A stretch of DNA of 64,000 nucleotides from Polyangiales bacterium (GCA_045106895.1 JBGCFM010000029.1:17539-81538), one strand, 5' to 3'; shown: positions 39,507 through 48,778, counted from the stretch's first letter. Translations and numbers: made by a program. Notes: generated by a model not told the origin, from the sequence alone.

Positions 39507-39641
39507 CTAAGAGTTCGCAGTCGGTGCCTGCTGGCCGGTAACCGGTCCCGCGGTCCATGGCATCTGCTTGGACGTGACATTGAGCGAGCATCCGCAAAGC
39601 GGAAGAACAGCGCAGCTATTGTCGATCGTGCAGCAAAACAT
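39507..39641 (-). CDS. Putative 44-aa Cys-rich small protein or leader peptide (not in ORF track)
   Basis: MFCCTIDNSCAVLPLCGCSLNVTSKQMPWTAGPVTGQQAPTANS; SD-like GAGGTAAGG 4 nt before ATG. Confidence 0.5.
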   Translation of the reverse strand: MFCCTIDNSCAVLPLCGCSLNVTSKQMPWTAGPVTGQQAPTANS

Positions 39642-39735
39642 AGAACCTTACCTCTTCGATCCCCTTTGAATACCGCCGGGGCTCGGTCAAGGACTTTTTC
39701 TAAACACGACGTTGTTTTTGTCTCGCGAGTGCTTT

Positions 39736-39752
39736 TTGAAGTTGACTTTCAA
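39736..39752 (+). promoter_or_regulatory. Putative Fur box overlapping the -35 of bfd
   Basis: Palindrome TTGAA-GTTGACT-TTCAA containing TTGACT; CACACT at 39764-39769; ATG at 39777. Confidence 0.65.
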
Positions 39753-39776
39753 TAACAAGTCAGCACACTTGAGTTC

Positions 39777-39965
39777 ATGTTGGTGTGTCACTGCGAGCGA
39801 GTTCATTGTCGCGACATTCGAGCCTGTGTAGATGCAGGCGACGACAACGTGAAGGCTGTCCAACGGCGTTGCGGCGCCGGTTCCAAGTGCGGTGGTTGCT
39901 TGCCACTCATCGAGGACATCGTTCGCGTCGAGCGCCAGCGTCCGAAGTCAGACGCCGCCGCCTAG
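39777..39965 (+). CDS. bfd: Bacterioferritin-associated ferredoxin (2Fe-2S)
   Basis: MLVCHC...GAGSKCGGC. Confidence 0.92.
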   Translation: MLVCHCERVHCRDIRACVDAGDDNVKAVQRRCGAGSKCGGCLPLIEDIVRVERQRPKSDAAA

Positions 39966-39976
39966 AGCGCCGGTCG

Positions 39977-40687
39977 CTAGAGTGCTTTGAAGAGGGCACG
40001 GACCAAGTCGGCTTCCTCTTCTTCGAGGCTGACGCGAGGGCGATCCGGATCTTGGGCTTCGCGGGTGCTCACCAAGTAGAGCGCCGTTTGCGCGAGGGCG
40101 GCCACCACGTAGAGCAACTCGGCATGCACCGGTGAATCCGGGAGACTCTCCGTATCCAAACACATGGGCGTCTCACGCTGGACCGTGGTGTCGACGCCGG
40201 TGCCGAGGAAACTCGCCATGTGCTGTGCTCGTTGCATTCGAACCGCCTCTGCCCGCTTGCGAGATGCGACGAGCCCTTCCGCTGCGCGCGCGGCCCAGGC
40301 GGCGGCCATCGTCAGGGCTTCAAAGCCGAGAGGGGGCTTGGCTCGAAAAGAGGCGGGCGCAGAGCGTGACGCGGCCTCGGCCCGCTCGGCGGCGGCGGCA
40401 CAGGCTTCGCCACGTCCGCGACGAGCGGACTCCTCGACGCTCTCCAGCGTTTGGCGGACGAGTTCCTCGGCCTCCGGTACGCTCGTCGCGACTTCGGCGG
40501 ACCAGGTCAGGACCACGAGCAACGCCTGGTCGAGGGCGGTCCCCGCGGCGCCTGCCAGCCACATGAGCCAGACGGGTGATGGGCACTGGTCCCAGGCCGC
40601 GCCCAGCTCGGCATCGAACTCGGCGCTCCAGGACAGAAGCTCCGCGGGAGCGTCCATCTTGGTGAGAGTCGCCGAGACCTCTGCCAT
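39977..40687 (-). CDS. Hypothetical alpha-helical protein
   Basis: Starts 3 nt after the bfr stop; AWDQCPSPVWLMWL motif; typical codon use. Confidence 0.7.
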   Translation of the reverse strand: MAEVSATLTKMDAPAELLSWSAEFDAELGAAWDQCPSPVWLMWLAGAAGTALDQALLVVLTWSAEVATSVPEAEELVRQTLESVEESARRGRGEACAAAAERAEAASRSAPASFRAKPPLGFEALTMAAAWAARAAEGLVASRKRAEAVRMQRAQHMASFLGTGVDTTVQRETPMCLDTESLPDSPVHAELLYVVAALAQTALYLVSTREAQDPDRPRVSLEEEEADLVRALFKAL

Positions 40688-40690
40688 TGC

Positions 40691-41161
40691 TTACTCGCGG
40701 ATCATTTCGGCGAGGTAGTTCTCCTTACCGACTTCTTCGACGAGGTGAAGCTGGGCTTCAAGCCACTCGATGCGTTCTTCGTCTTCGGCGAGAATCTTCT
40801 CGAGAATCTCGCGTGTCCCGACGTCCGCCGCTTCCAAGCAGAGGCGAATGCCGTCCTTGAGGCGGGTGACCGCGTCGAGCTCAAGGGCGAGGTCGACCTT
40901 GTGCTGTTCGATGGGGTCTTCGCCGACGCGGACCGGGTTCATGCGCTGCATGTTCGGTACGCCGTCGAGGAACAGAATACGTCCGATCACCTGGTCGGCG
41001 TGCTTCATCTCTTCGATGGACTCGTTCCACTTGTGCTTGTGGAGCCGAGCGTAGCCCCAGTCCTCACACATCTTGGCGTGGATGAAGTACTGGTTGATGG
41101 CGGTCAGCTCGGAGCTGAGAACCGCGTTGAGGAGTTCGATGACTTTGGGGTCGCCCTTCAT
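40691..41161 (-). CDS. bfr: Bacterioferritin
   Basis: MKGDPKVIELLN, ELTAINQYFIH, ESIEEMKHAD, RILFLDGVPN. Confidence 0.97.
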   Translation of the reverse strand: MKGDPKVIELLNAVLSSELTAINQYFIHAKMCEDWGYARLHKHKWNESIEEMKHADQVIGRILFLDGVPNMQRMNPVRVGEDPIEQHKVDLALELDAVTRLKDGIRLCLEAADVGTREILEKILAEDEERIEWLEAQLHLVEEVGKENYLAEMIRE

Positions 41162-41243
41162 AGACGCGTTCATACCGCTCTCTGCTCCGCCTGTAAACGC
41201 GCGAAATTGGCCCACGAGCGCTGCAGACACGTACGATCTTGGC

Positions 41244-42257
41244 GTGGGAACTCGAATATTCGCGTGTCATCCGGGTGAAGCTGTCGTCGAGGCAAGCCCC
41301 ACGGAGCTTCCGGCGTTGATGGATGAAGCGGGCGTCTTCGTCTGGGTGAGCCTCGACCAGCAAGGTCCGCGACATACGCAGATTCTAACGGACGTCCTCA
41401 AGCTGCACCCGCTCCTCGTCGAGGATGCCCTCGATGTAGCGCCGACGCCGAAGGTAGAAACTCATGAGGGGTACACCTACTTGATCCTGCACGGGTTGCG
41501 GAACTTCGCCCACGAGGCGGAGCACGGACACGAGGGTGCGTCGACGACGCCGGGGCAGGGCGGCGCCGTCGAAACCGTCGATGTCGACTTCTTCTTGGGA
41601 CCGGAGTGCCTAGTCACCCATCACAGACTGCCGATGCCATCGTTGGATGCCGTCCGCCGCGCAGTGGTGGGCAAAGAGTCGCTGCTACAGAAGGGCCCCG
41701 CCTATGTGGCCCATGAGCTCATCGACCGGATGGTGGACGAATACCTGCCCATGATGGAGCGACTCGACAAAGAGGTTGTTCGCGTCGAGCGTGCGGCCCT
41801 CAAGGAGTCCGACCCGAAACTCCTCGAGTCGATCTTTGAACTCAAGCACGCCCTGCAAGGGCTGCGTCGAATAGGCATTCATCAGCGCGAGATTCTCCAC
41901 GGGCTTGGGGGTGACAGCTACGAGCACATCCCTGACGGGATTCGCCGCTTCTTTCGCGACGTCGACGACCATTTCGTTCGCGTGATGGATCTGAACGAGA
42001 GCTATCGCGACCTCGTGGCTTCCAGCCTGGATGCGTATCTATCGATGCAATCCCATCGCCTCAACGAGGTCATGAAGATCCTCACGGTGATCAGCACCAT
42101 CATGCTTCCGCTGACCTTCATCACCGGTCTGTACGGGATGAACTTCGACGAGATGCCGCTGATTCACTGGCAATACGGGTACGAGACCGCGTGGGCGGTG
42201 ATGATCGCCACCGCCGCCATCTTCTTTTGGGCCGGCCGTCGCCGCCGCTGGATCTAG
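41244..42257 (+). CDS. corA: Mg/Co transporter CorA
   Basis: LHPLLVED, NEVMKILT, PLTFITGLYGMNF. Confidence 0.95.
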   Translation: MGTRIFACHPGEAVVEASPTELPALMDEAGVFVWVSLDQQGPRHTQILTDVLKLHPLLVEDALDVAPTPKVETHEGYTYLILHGLRNFAHEAEHGHEGASTTPGQGGAVETVDVDFFLGPECLVTHHRLPMPSLDAVRRAVVGKESLLQKGPAYVAHELIDRMVDEYLPMMERLDKEVVRVERAALKESDPKLLESIFELKHALQGLRRIGIHQREILHGLGGDSYEHIPDGIRRFFRDVDDHFVRVMDLNESYRDLVASSLDAYLSMQSHRLNEVMKILTVISTIMLPLTFITGLYGMNFDEMPLIHWQYGYETAWAVMIATAAIFFWAGRRRRWI

Positions 42258-42458
42258 TACTCCATCGCAGAAGTTCTGACCGGTTGAGCACGGCCCTTGG
42301 CCGCGGTCTCGCCCCACTTCGCCCTGAATGTACGCCGCACGTCCTTCGTTGAATGGAGCCACCTCACAAACCAATCATCCACCCTGAACCGGTCGGAACT
42401 TCTGAGATGAAGTACTAGCGCCCGTTGAGAGACGCTCCGTCGTGCTAAGAGGTGCTTC

Positions 42459-43211
42459 ATGGACAAGCTAGATGTGGTTCGCGTCGAAGGGCTCAACGTC
42501 GATTGCGTGGTTGGGCTCTATCCGCATGAGCGCCATGCCTCTCAGCCCCTCATCGTGGACATGGCGCTTCACCTCGATGTGCGTGGCGCCGCCGAAGAAG
42601 AGAACGTGCGCCTCACCGTAGACTACGCGGCGACGGCGGCGCAGGTGGTCTTCCTCTTGAGGGCATGTCGTTTCCGTCTTCTTGAGACGGCCGCGGAGAC
42701 CATCGCTCGTTATGTGTTGATGCCGCCGGCGGAGGACGAAGGACGAGCGCAGGTTCAACGCGTCGACGTCCTGCTGCGGAAGCCCGGCGCGCTCCGTGGT
42801 TTCGCGACGCCTTCCCTCAGCATCACGCGCAGCGCGGGCTTCGAGGTCTCCCACGAGACCAAAGAGTGGGGCAGCGTGGACATCGTTCACGAGACCAAAG
42901 ACGCCGGCATCTATCGCCTGAACATCGCGCCGGGGAAGGGCATCCCTCTTCATGTGCACCGGGTGATGCGAGAGACGGAGATGGTCCTCGGCACTGGGCT
43001 CCATTGCCAGAGTGAGCCCGTGCCGATGGGCACTGTTCATCGTTGGCCCCGCGGCGCCGCGCACCGTTACGACAACCCCAGCGACCAGTGGCAGAGCATT
43101 CTCTGCGTCGACGTCCCGCGTTTTATCCCTGAAGACGAAGTCCTCGTGGAGGGCGACCCCGCCGACGTACCCCCGGAGCCGCCTTGGGGTCCCATCGCAG
43201 GTATCGGATGA
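42459..43211 (+). CDS. folB: Dihydroneopterin aldolase fused to a C-terminal cupin domain
   Basis: VVGLYPHER...QPLIVD, TVDYA, FRLLETAAE, RKP; cupin IPLHVHRVMRETE...HRYDN. Confidence 0.85.
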   Translation: MDKLDVVRVEGLNVDCVVGLYPHERHASQPLIVDMALHLDVRGAAEEENVRLTVDYAATAAQVVFLLRACRFRLLETAAETIARYVLMPPAEDEGRAQVQRVDVLLRKPGALRGFATPSLSITRSAGFEVSHETKEWGSVDIVHETKDAGIYRLNIAPGKGIPLHVHRVMRETEMVLGTGLHCQSEPVPMGTVHRWPRGAAHRYDNPSDQWQSILCVDVPRFIPEDEVLVEGDPADVPPEPPWGPIAGIG

Positions 43212-43945
43212 GACGCTTCCTCGTGACAGGTGCGAGCCGAGGCATCGGCCGGGCAGTGGCCGAGGCTGTGATCTCAAGCGGAGCCTCGCTCCTCGCGAGC
43301 GCTCGAAACAGCGACGCCCTGGCAGAACTTTCGGCGGATCGCGTCGACGTATTCGCGGCCGACCTTACCTCCGCCGAGGACCGATTGGCGTTGCTGGAGA
43401 GCTGCCATGAACTCGACCACGTCGTCTTATGCGCCGGTGTGGCCATGCATGAAGAGGTTCGTGGGCTCCAAGAAGACACGCTCCGGTCGACGTTTGAACT
43501 GAACTTCTTCGCCCAAGCGCTCCTCGCCCGTGACCTCATCCCTCGGATCCGCCCCGGAGGTTCCATCACCTTCGTGTCCAGCACGCTGGCCCAGCGAGCA
43601 GCAAGGTCAACGGCGGCGTATGCTGCGTCCAAGGCGGCGCTCGAGTCCTTCACTCGAACAATGGCCCTCGAACTCGCCCCCGAGATTCGAGTAAACGCAG
43701 TGGCGCCGGGGCTCGTGGACACGGACATGGCGCGTGCTCTTCGCCTTCAGCCCGGCGAAGCTGTGCCGACCGACGAAGAGCGGAAGCGACGTGAAGCCGA
43801 GCAGCAGAAGTTCATGAACAGCATGCACCCGCTGGGGCGAATGGGTCGCCCTACGGAGGTCGCAGAGCTCATCCTGCAGGTGTCACAGAGCGCGTGGATG
43901 ACCGGCAGCATCGTGACCCTCGACGGTGGCCTCTCACTGGCTTAG
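43208..43945 (+). CDS. Short-chain dehydrogenase/reductase
   Basis: TGASRGIG, YAASK, IRVNAVAPG, HPLGRMG; ATGA overlap with folB. Confidence 0.9.
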   Translation: MRRFLVTGASRGIGRAVAEAVISSGASLLASARNSDALAELSADRVDVFAADLTSAEDRLALLESCHELDHVVLCAGVAMHEEVRGLQEDTLRSTFELNFFAQALLARDLIPRIRPGGSITFVSSTLAQRAARSTAAYAASKAALESFTRTMALELAPEIRVNAVAPGLVDTDMARALRLQPGEAVPTDEERKRREAEQQKFMNSMHPLGRMGRPTEVAELILQVSQSAWMTGSIVTLDGGLSLA

Positions 43946-43950
43946 GCGCC

Positions 43951-44571
43951 TTACTCGTCGAAGGACGCGTAGTAGGCCTTCACATCCTCACGTGCCGCGA
44001 TGGCCGCGCACCGAGCGACCACGTTGGGAGCGCTTTTCTCCGCGAGGTCTGTCGGGACATGGTCCAACACGCCCTTCTGAAGCGTGCGAATCCAAACGAA
44101 GACCTTCAGGTCGGCGACGGTGAGTCGCCCCGCGGCGAAGTATTCACCGCCGCGTCGCTCGAGGAGCGCCTCAAAGCGCTCAAGGTAGAACGTCAGCGGT
44201 CCTTCGGCGAGGGCGACGCGAGCTCGCTTTTTTTCTGCTTCGTCGCTGATGGAGAAGGTCGCAACGGCCTGGGCGATGATGTCCTCCACGGACGCCATCG
44301 CCTCGTCACAGTGGAGTGCCTCGCGAGGGTCGTCTGGGTAGAGGCCCGCTAGCTTGCCGACGTAGCGGTTGATGCTGTTGGACTGCGAGACCACCTCTCC
44401 GTCGACCTCGAGCACAGGAATGCGACCGAAGGGGAAGCTCTCTTTGGTCTGCCCGAAGGTCTGAAACGAGATGCGCTCATCGGCGAAGTCGACGTTTCCA
44501 ATGTGCATCGCAAGGCGGGCGGGCTCGCCGCGGCCACCATGCATGTCAAAGTAGGTAAGCTTGAGCTCCAT
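43951..44571 (-). CDS. Glutathione S-transferase (sigma-like)
   Basis: LTYFD..GRGEPARL, PFGRIPVLEVDG, QSNSINRY, LTVADL. Confidence 0.9.
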   Translation of the reverse strand: MELKLTYFDMHGGRGEPARLAMHIGNVDFADERISFQTFGQTKESFPFGRIPVLEVDGEVVSQSNSINRYVGKLAGLYPDDPREALHCDEAMASVEDIIAQAVATFSISDEAEKKRARVALAEGPLTFYLERFEALLERRGGEYFAAGRLTVADLKVFVWIRTLQKGVLDHVPTDLAEKSAPNVVARCAAIAAREDVKAYYASFDE

Positions 44572-44575
44572 GGCA

Positions 44576-45256
44576 CTACTCCGTTGCTCGAAAGCTCTCG
44601 ACGAGGTCGCCGAACGCAGCCTCGGCGGTGCCAACGGTCGCTTCGGGTCCGATGAGCTTGAAGAAAACCGGACCATTCGGGCCGGCGACGATGGCGCCGA
44701 GCATGCGCTGATTGCCTTGCGGGCCTGCCTGGCCAGCCATGGGCATGGAGTTCGTAAACGTGCCGCGCGTGTCGATGGTGGTGACCTCCAGGCCGCCGAT
44801 GGTCTTCGTCTCTACCGCGGCGTCCGCCGGGCCGCCTTCGCTGCTTTGGAACTGCCCTGTCCAGCGCGCGACGTTCTCTTCGATGCCGCCGCCCATTCCC
44901 GGGAAGTGGAAGACCGTCATCACCGCAGCAGCGGCGCCTTCGCCTACGACATACTCGGCGTTACGCATGGCGCTCGATGGCGTCCGCCACGTAAGAGGCT
45001 CATGGACCGCCCATGCGATGCCCGCGAGCTCTGGGCTGTCGGCGGAGACCGTCGGTGCGCCTTGGCGGCGCGGCGCGATGGCGGGACGGACTGCCTCCGC
45101 CGCTGGGGCCTCTACCTCGGGGGTCTCTGTCGTCGTTTCGCTTGGGGTCTCGGTTCCGCCGCCGGCGTTCCCTTGAGGGGCAGGACCGCGGTCGCAGCCG
45201 AAGGCCGCAAGGCTCAGGAGAAGAGCAGGAAAGAGCATGCGCGTCGTCGTCGTCAT
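44576..45256 (-). CDS. Hypothetical lipoprotein
   Basis: Lipobox AFGC; MR.AEY, GGGIEENVARW..QF, FFKLIGP. Confidence 0.75.
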   Translation of the reverse strand: MTTTTRMLFPALLLSLAAFGCDRGPAPQGNAGGGTETPSETTTETPEVEAPAAEAVRPAIAPRRQGAPTVSADSPELAGIAWAVHEPLTWRTPSSAMRNAEYVVGEGAAAAVMTVFHFPGMGGGIEENVARWTGQFQSSEGGPADAAVETKTIGGLEVTTIDTRGTFTNSMPMAGQAGPQGNQRMLGAIVAGPNGPVFFKLIGPEATVGTAEAAFGDLVESFRATE

Positions 45257-45354
45257 GAGGCTGCCATACCCCGGAGGAGGGGGGGGTGACAAGGCAGCCA
45301 TACGTTCCCATCGGCCCAAGTGATCGCTTCGTCCCCTTCACGCGTACAGGAGGT

Positions 45355-47145
45355 ATGCGGCGCGCTACCTTGAGTCTATTCGCCATCCTCCTCCTCCCCG
45401 GCTTCGGGTGCGCGGGCGCGGTCCCGAGCGCGTCACGCTCCGCGACAGCGCCAGAGTTCGAGTGGCGTGAGTGGAGCGCGGAGACCTTCGCCGAGGCCGA
45501 ACGAGACGGGAAGTTCCTCCTCGTCAGCGTGCAGGCGTCTTGGTGCCACTGGTGCCACGTGATGAACGACGAGACCTTTGGCAATGAGGACGTGCGAGGG
45601 CTCGTCGCGGAGCACTACATCGTGATCAAGGTCGACTCCGACGCGCGGCCGGATCTCGCTGAGCGTTTTCGCGACTACGCCTGGCCCGCGACGGTGATTC
45701 TCACGCCCAACGCGCAAGTGGTTCGAGCCCTCCGCGGCTATCGTCCGGCAGGTCCCTTCGCGGCGCTCCTGGATCAAGCGCGGCGTGGCGAGATCCGCGC
45801 GAGCGACGACTGGCGGCAGGGAGAAACGAACGGCGAGGCGCCGGAACTCGCCGCACTCCGCCAGACGGCCATCGGCGCCCTCGATGCGCTCTACGACGAA
45901 GAGGCCGCGGGCTGGGGACGGCGTCAGAAGTACCCCTATTTCGGCCCCGTCGAGCACGCGTTCTTTCGAAACTCGCTCCGCGGCGAAGAGGAGTGGGAGA
46001 CGCGCGCCTTGGCGACCCTTGAAGGCACGACGCAGCTCATCGACCCCGTTTTTGGCGGCGTCTATCAGTACTCCCTTCGTCGCCGCTGGGATGCGCCGCA
46101 TTTTGAGAAGATCGCGGCGGTCCAGGCCGACGCGCTCTCGGGATTCGCCCTCGCGCGCATCCATACCGGCGACCCGAGGTGGGACGCTCCGATGCATGAC
46201 GTCGTTCGTTACCTCAGCGAGTTCTTTCGCTCCTCGGCGGGCACCTTTTACACGAGCCAAGATGCGGACCTAAGCCACACGCTGACGGGCACGGAGTACT
46301 ACGCCATGAATGACGCGGAGCGACGCGCGCAGGGCATCCCGCGCATGGACACGAACATCTACGTCGACCTCAACGCAATGCTGATTCAGTCCCTGGTTCT
46401 CGCTCACCGGGGAGGCGTCGACGGCGCGCTCTCGATGGCGGAGACGTCGGCCGAGGCGCTCCAGGATTGGCGCCGCGAAGACGGCGGATATGACCACGGT
46501 GGTGCAGAAGGAGGCGCTTCTACTGGAGACGGGCTCCGCTACTTGCGGGACCAGGCGTGGATGCTTCGCGCGGAGCTCGCGCTCTTTGAAGTCACGGGCA
46601 ATATCGTCTGGAAAGAGCGTGCTGAGCGTACGGCAGGCTTCGTTCTGGACCAGCTTCAAGCGGAGCGCGGGTTCTACGCTCATACAGTGGACCCTGCCGC
46701 CGTCGGCGCGTTTGCCGAGCGACGCGTTCCTCTTCGGGAAAACGGAGTCGCCAGTCGCGGGCTGCTCGAGCTCTTTCGCCGGACGGCGGAGCCACGTTAT
46801 GAAAGCGCCGCGCGCTCCGCCCTGGATATTGGTCGCGAAGAGTCGGTGCGCCAGGAGGGGCGGCGAATCGGGGACTTTCTCATGGCCTTGGAGGAGCACC
46901 AGGCTCCCTACGTTTTGGTTTCCGTCGTGGGGCCCGACGACGCTGCCACAGAGGCGTTGCACGCCGCCGGCGTTGCCCTGAGGCTTCCCAATCGCATCGT
47001 GGAGATCGGTCGGCCTGGCACGAGCCGCTACCCGTTTCCCGGCGAATCCTCCGCCTATCTCTGCAACGCCTACGCTTGCTCGAGACCCGTGAGCGACGCG
47101 GCGCGTTTGGGCGCCGCCGCGCGCGAGTTCCTTGCCGCCGAGTAA
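45355..47145 (+). CDS. Thioredoxin-domain protein (YyaL/DUF255 family) lipoprotein
   Basis: WCHWCHVM, KVD...RPD, WPATV, GGVYQYS..W..PHFEK, SQDAD, AYLC...CSRP. Confidence 0.88.
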   Translation: MRRATLSLFAILLLPGFGCAGAVPSASRSATAPEFEWREWSAETFAEAERDGKFLLVSVQASWCHWCHVMNDETFGNEDVRGLVAEHYIVIKVDSDARPDLAERFRDYAWPATVILTPNAQVVRALRGYRPAGPFAALLDQARRGEIRASDDWRQGETNGEAPELAALRQTAIGALDALYDEEAAGWGRRQKYPYFGPVEHAFFRNSLRGEEEWETRALATLEGTTQLIDPVFGGVYQYSLRRRWDAPHFEKIAAVQADALSGFALARIHTGDPRWDAPMHDVVRYLSEFFRSSAGTFYTSQDADLSHTLTGTEYYAMNDAERRAQGIPRMDTNIYVDLNAMLIQSLVLAHRGGVDGALSMAETSAEALQDWRREDGGYDHGGAEGGASTGDGLRYLRDQAWMLRAELALFEVTGNIVWKERAERTAGFVLDQLQAERGFYAHTVDPAAVGAFAERRVPLRENGVASRGLLELFRRTAEPRYESAARSALDIGREESVRQEGRRIGDFLMALEEHQAPYVLVSVVGPDDAATEALHAAGVALRLPNRIVEIGRPGTSRYPFPGESSAYLCNAYACSRPVSDAARLGAAAREFLAAE

Positions 47146-47158
47146 GCCGAAGCCGCGC

Positions 47159-48007
47159 CTAGACCACTGGGAGTGCGACTTCGCTCAAGTTTGTCTTCAT
47201 CAGCTTCATCCGCCAATCGACGGCGACGATGTCACCAGGTTTCATGGGGATCCATACGTTCTCGCCTCGGAGCGGCTCACTCGCGAAGAGCAGGTGATTC
47301 ACGAAGCCGGACTCCGAGGGTGCTTCGCATTCGGGGCCGAGGCTCGGGCAGCTGTCGCGGTCGGCGCAGCGCGTCTTGTGCGAGGACCAGTTGAGCTCTT
47401 TGCCTCCTTGGACCGCGGCCATGCAGGTTCCGTCCGTCACGATGAGCGTGAGGAGCGCAGGTTCGGGCGCGTCACCGTCGCAGACTTCACGGACGATTTT
47501 CACCGTGTGACGAATCGCCGGGACGATGGCGTCGAGACCGAGTCGGTCCGTGAGGGCGCCGTGTCGCGCAAGCTGCGAGAGGAACAGGTAGAAGATGACC
47601 TCGCTGTCCGTGTCACCGAGGATGTAGCGGCGAAGGCGCGGCGCGATTTGCGCGACCACGGTGGCTCGGTGCTGTGCGAAGTTCTTGATGTCCCCGTTGT
47701 GAGCCATGGTCCACCGACCGTGCTGGAACGGGTGACAGTTGAGCACCGTCAGCTCCCCTTGAGTCGCCTTTCGCACGTGGGCCAGCACGGTCTCCGACGC
47801 GACGACGCCGCTGACGCGGTGAAAAAGCTGGTCGTGGAATGCTGATGTAGGGGAGCGGGTGATGTGGGGCGCTCCATCGACGTAGAAGGCGACGCCCCAG
47901 CCGTCCGTGTGGTTTTCACTCTGCACCCCGAGGGCGTTGTCCGCATCGAGGAGGGAGCGGTGCACCTGGCTCGGTATGACGCTCCGGAAGCCGAAGAGCC
48001 TACACAT
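47159..48007 (-). CDS. Class II glutamine amidotransferase (YafJ/EgtC-like)
   Basis: N-terminal MCRLFG, DGWG, AHVRKAT, NCHPF, HNG, GDTDSE. Confidence 0.9.
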   Translation of the reverse strand: MCRLFGFRSVIPSQVHRSLLDADNALGVQSENHTDGWGVAFYVDGAPHITRSPTSAFHDQLFHRVSGVVASETVLAHVRKATQGELTVLNCHPFQHGRWTMAHNGDIKNFAQHRATVVAQIAPRLRRYILGDTDSEVIFYLFLSQLARHGALTDRLGLDAIVPAIRHTVKIVREVCDGDAPEPALLTLIVTDGTCMAAVQGGKELNWSSHKTRCADRDSCPSLGPECEAPSESGFVNHLLFASEPLRGENVWIPMKPGDIVAVDWRMKLMKTNLSEVALPVV

Positions 48008-48151
48008 GTCTGTTCTCCCCGGTTGGGCGCGCCTTCATCGTTGGAGCATGCCACATGGCACGCTCTTTCAAGCGATGGTTTCTATGCACGTATCTGTGCG
48101 TCGGCGGAACTCCCGCGTGCACCCCGAACGATTGTCGCTCATATTGAACGA

Positions 48152-48694
48152 ATGATACGCCTTAGCCTTCTTTGCACTCTCGTCGCTCTTTTGGCCTGCG
48201 GGGACGACGATGGCGGTGACGCCGGACTCCGAGACACGGGAACGGCCACGGCGGACAGCGGCCCAGTGATCGATGCCAGCGCGGAAGATGCAAGTTCGGA
48301 AGACGCCGGTGCGGCGGACGCCGGATCGGACGCGGGCCCGCTCCCCGACGCTGGCCCCGTGGCCGATGGCGGCGCGTCGACTGATGCCGCAACGCCGGAC
48401 GCGGCCACTGATGCGGGCGCCGGCACGGATTCAGGCCCAAGCATGTGTGATGGCGTTGAAATCGGAAACGCGTGCGCCACACCCCGAGATTGCAGCCCAC
48501 GCACGCATGCTTGCGTGGAAGGCCAATGCCGACCCACCGAGCGGCTTGGTTGCACGTCCCCTGACATGACCTGCGCCAGCCGAACAACGCCACGCTGCGT
48601 TCTGCCCGTGGGAAGTCGCACCGGCTTCTGCGTCACGATGGAGGAAGCTCTCTGCGTATGCTCCGAGCACACAGACGCCTACAACTGTCGCTGA
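48152..48694 (+). CDS. Lipoprotein with DAG-repeat linker and Cys-rich C-terminus
   Basis: Lipobox LLAC-GDDD; DAG repeats; Cys-rich domain. Confidence 0.7.
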   Translation: MIRLSLLCTLVALLACGDDDGGDAGLRDTGTATADSGPVIDASAEDASSEDAGAADAGSDAGPLPDAGPVADGGASTDAATPDAATDAGAGTDSGPSMCDGVEIGNACATPRDCSPRTHACVEGQCRPTERLGCTSPDMTCASRTTPRCVLPVGSRTGFCVTMEEALCVCSEHTDAYNCR

Positions 48695-48778
48695 GGCGCA
48701 TTTCCCGTCAGGGCTGAAGACCACGGGTCCGAGACGATTGGGCTTCTCTTGGACTTCGAAGAATGCGATATCGCAGCG

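Noticed and set aside
39440..39560. 6S RNA candidate (minus strand contains CCTTGAACC)
   Set aside because: No partner GGTTCAAG at the expected distance, no long rod with a central bubble, and no zapA/ygfA/rny context
42254..42496. Small minus-strand ORF between corA and folB
   Set aside because: No recognisable motif and overlaps the folB start; a 42-aa GTG-started version from 42382 cannot be excluded but is unsupported
48056..48070. Sigma-54 promoter TGGCACG-CTCT-TTCA
   Set aside because: Lacks the conserved GC at -12
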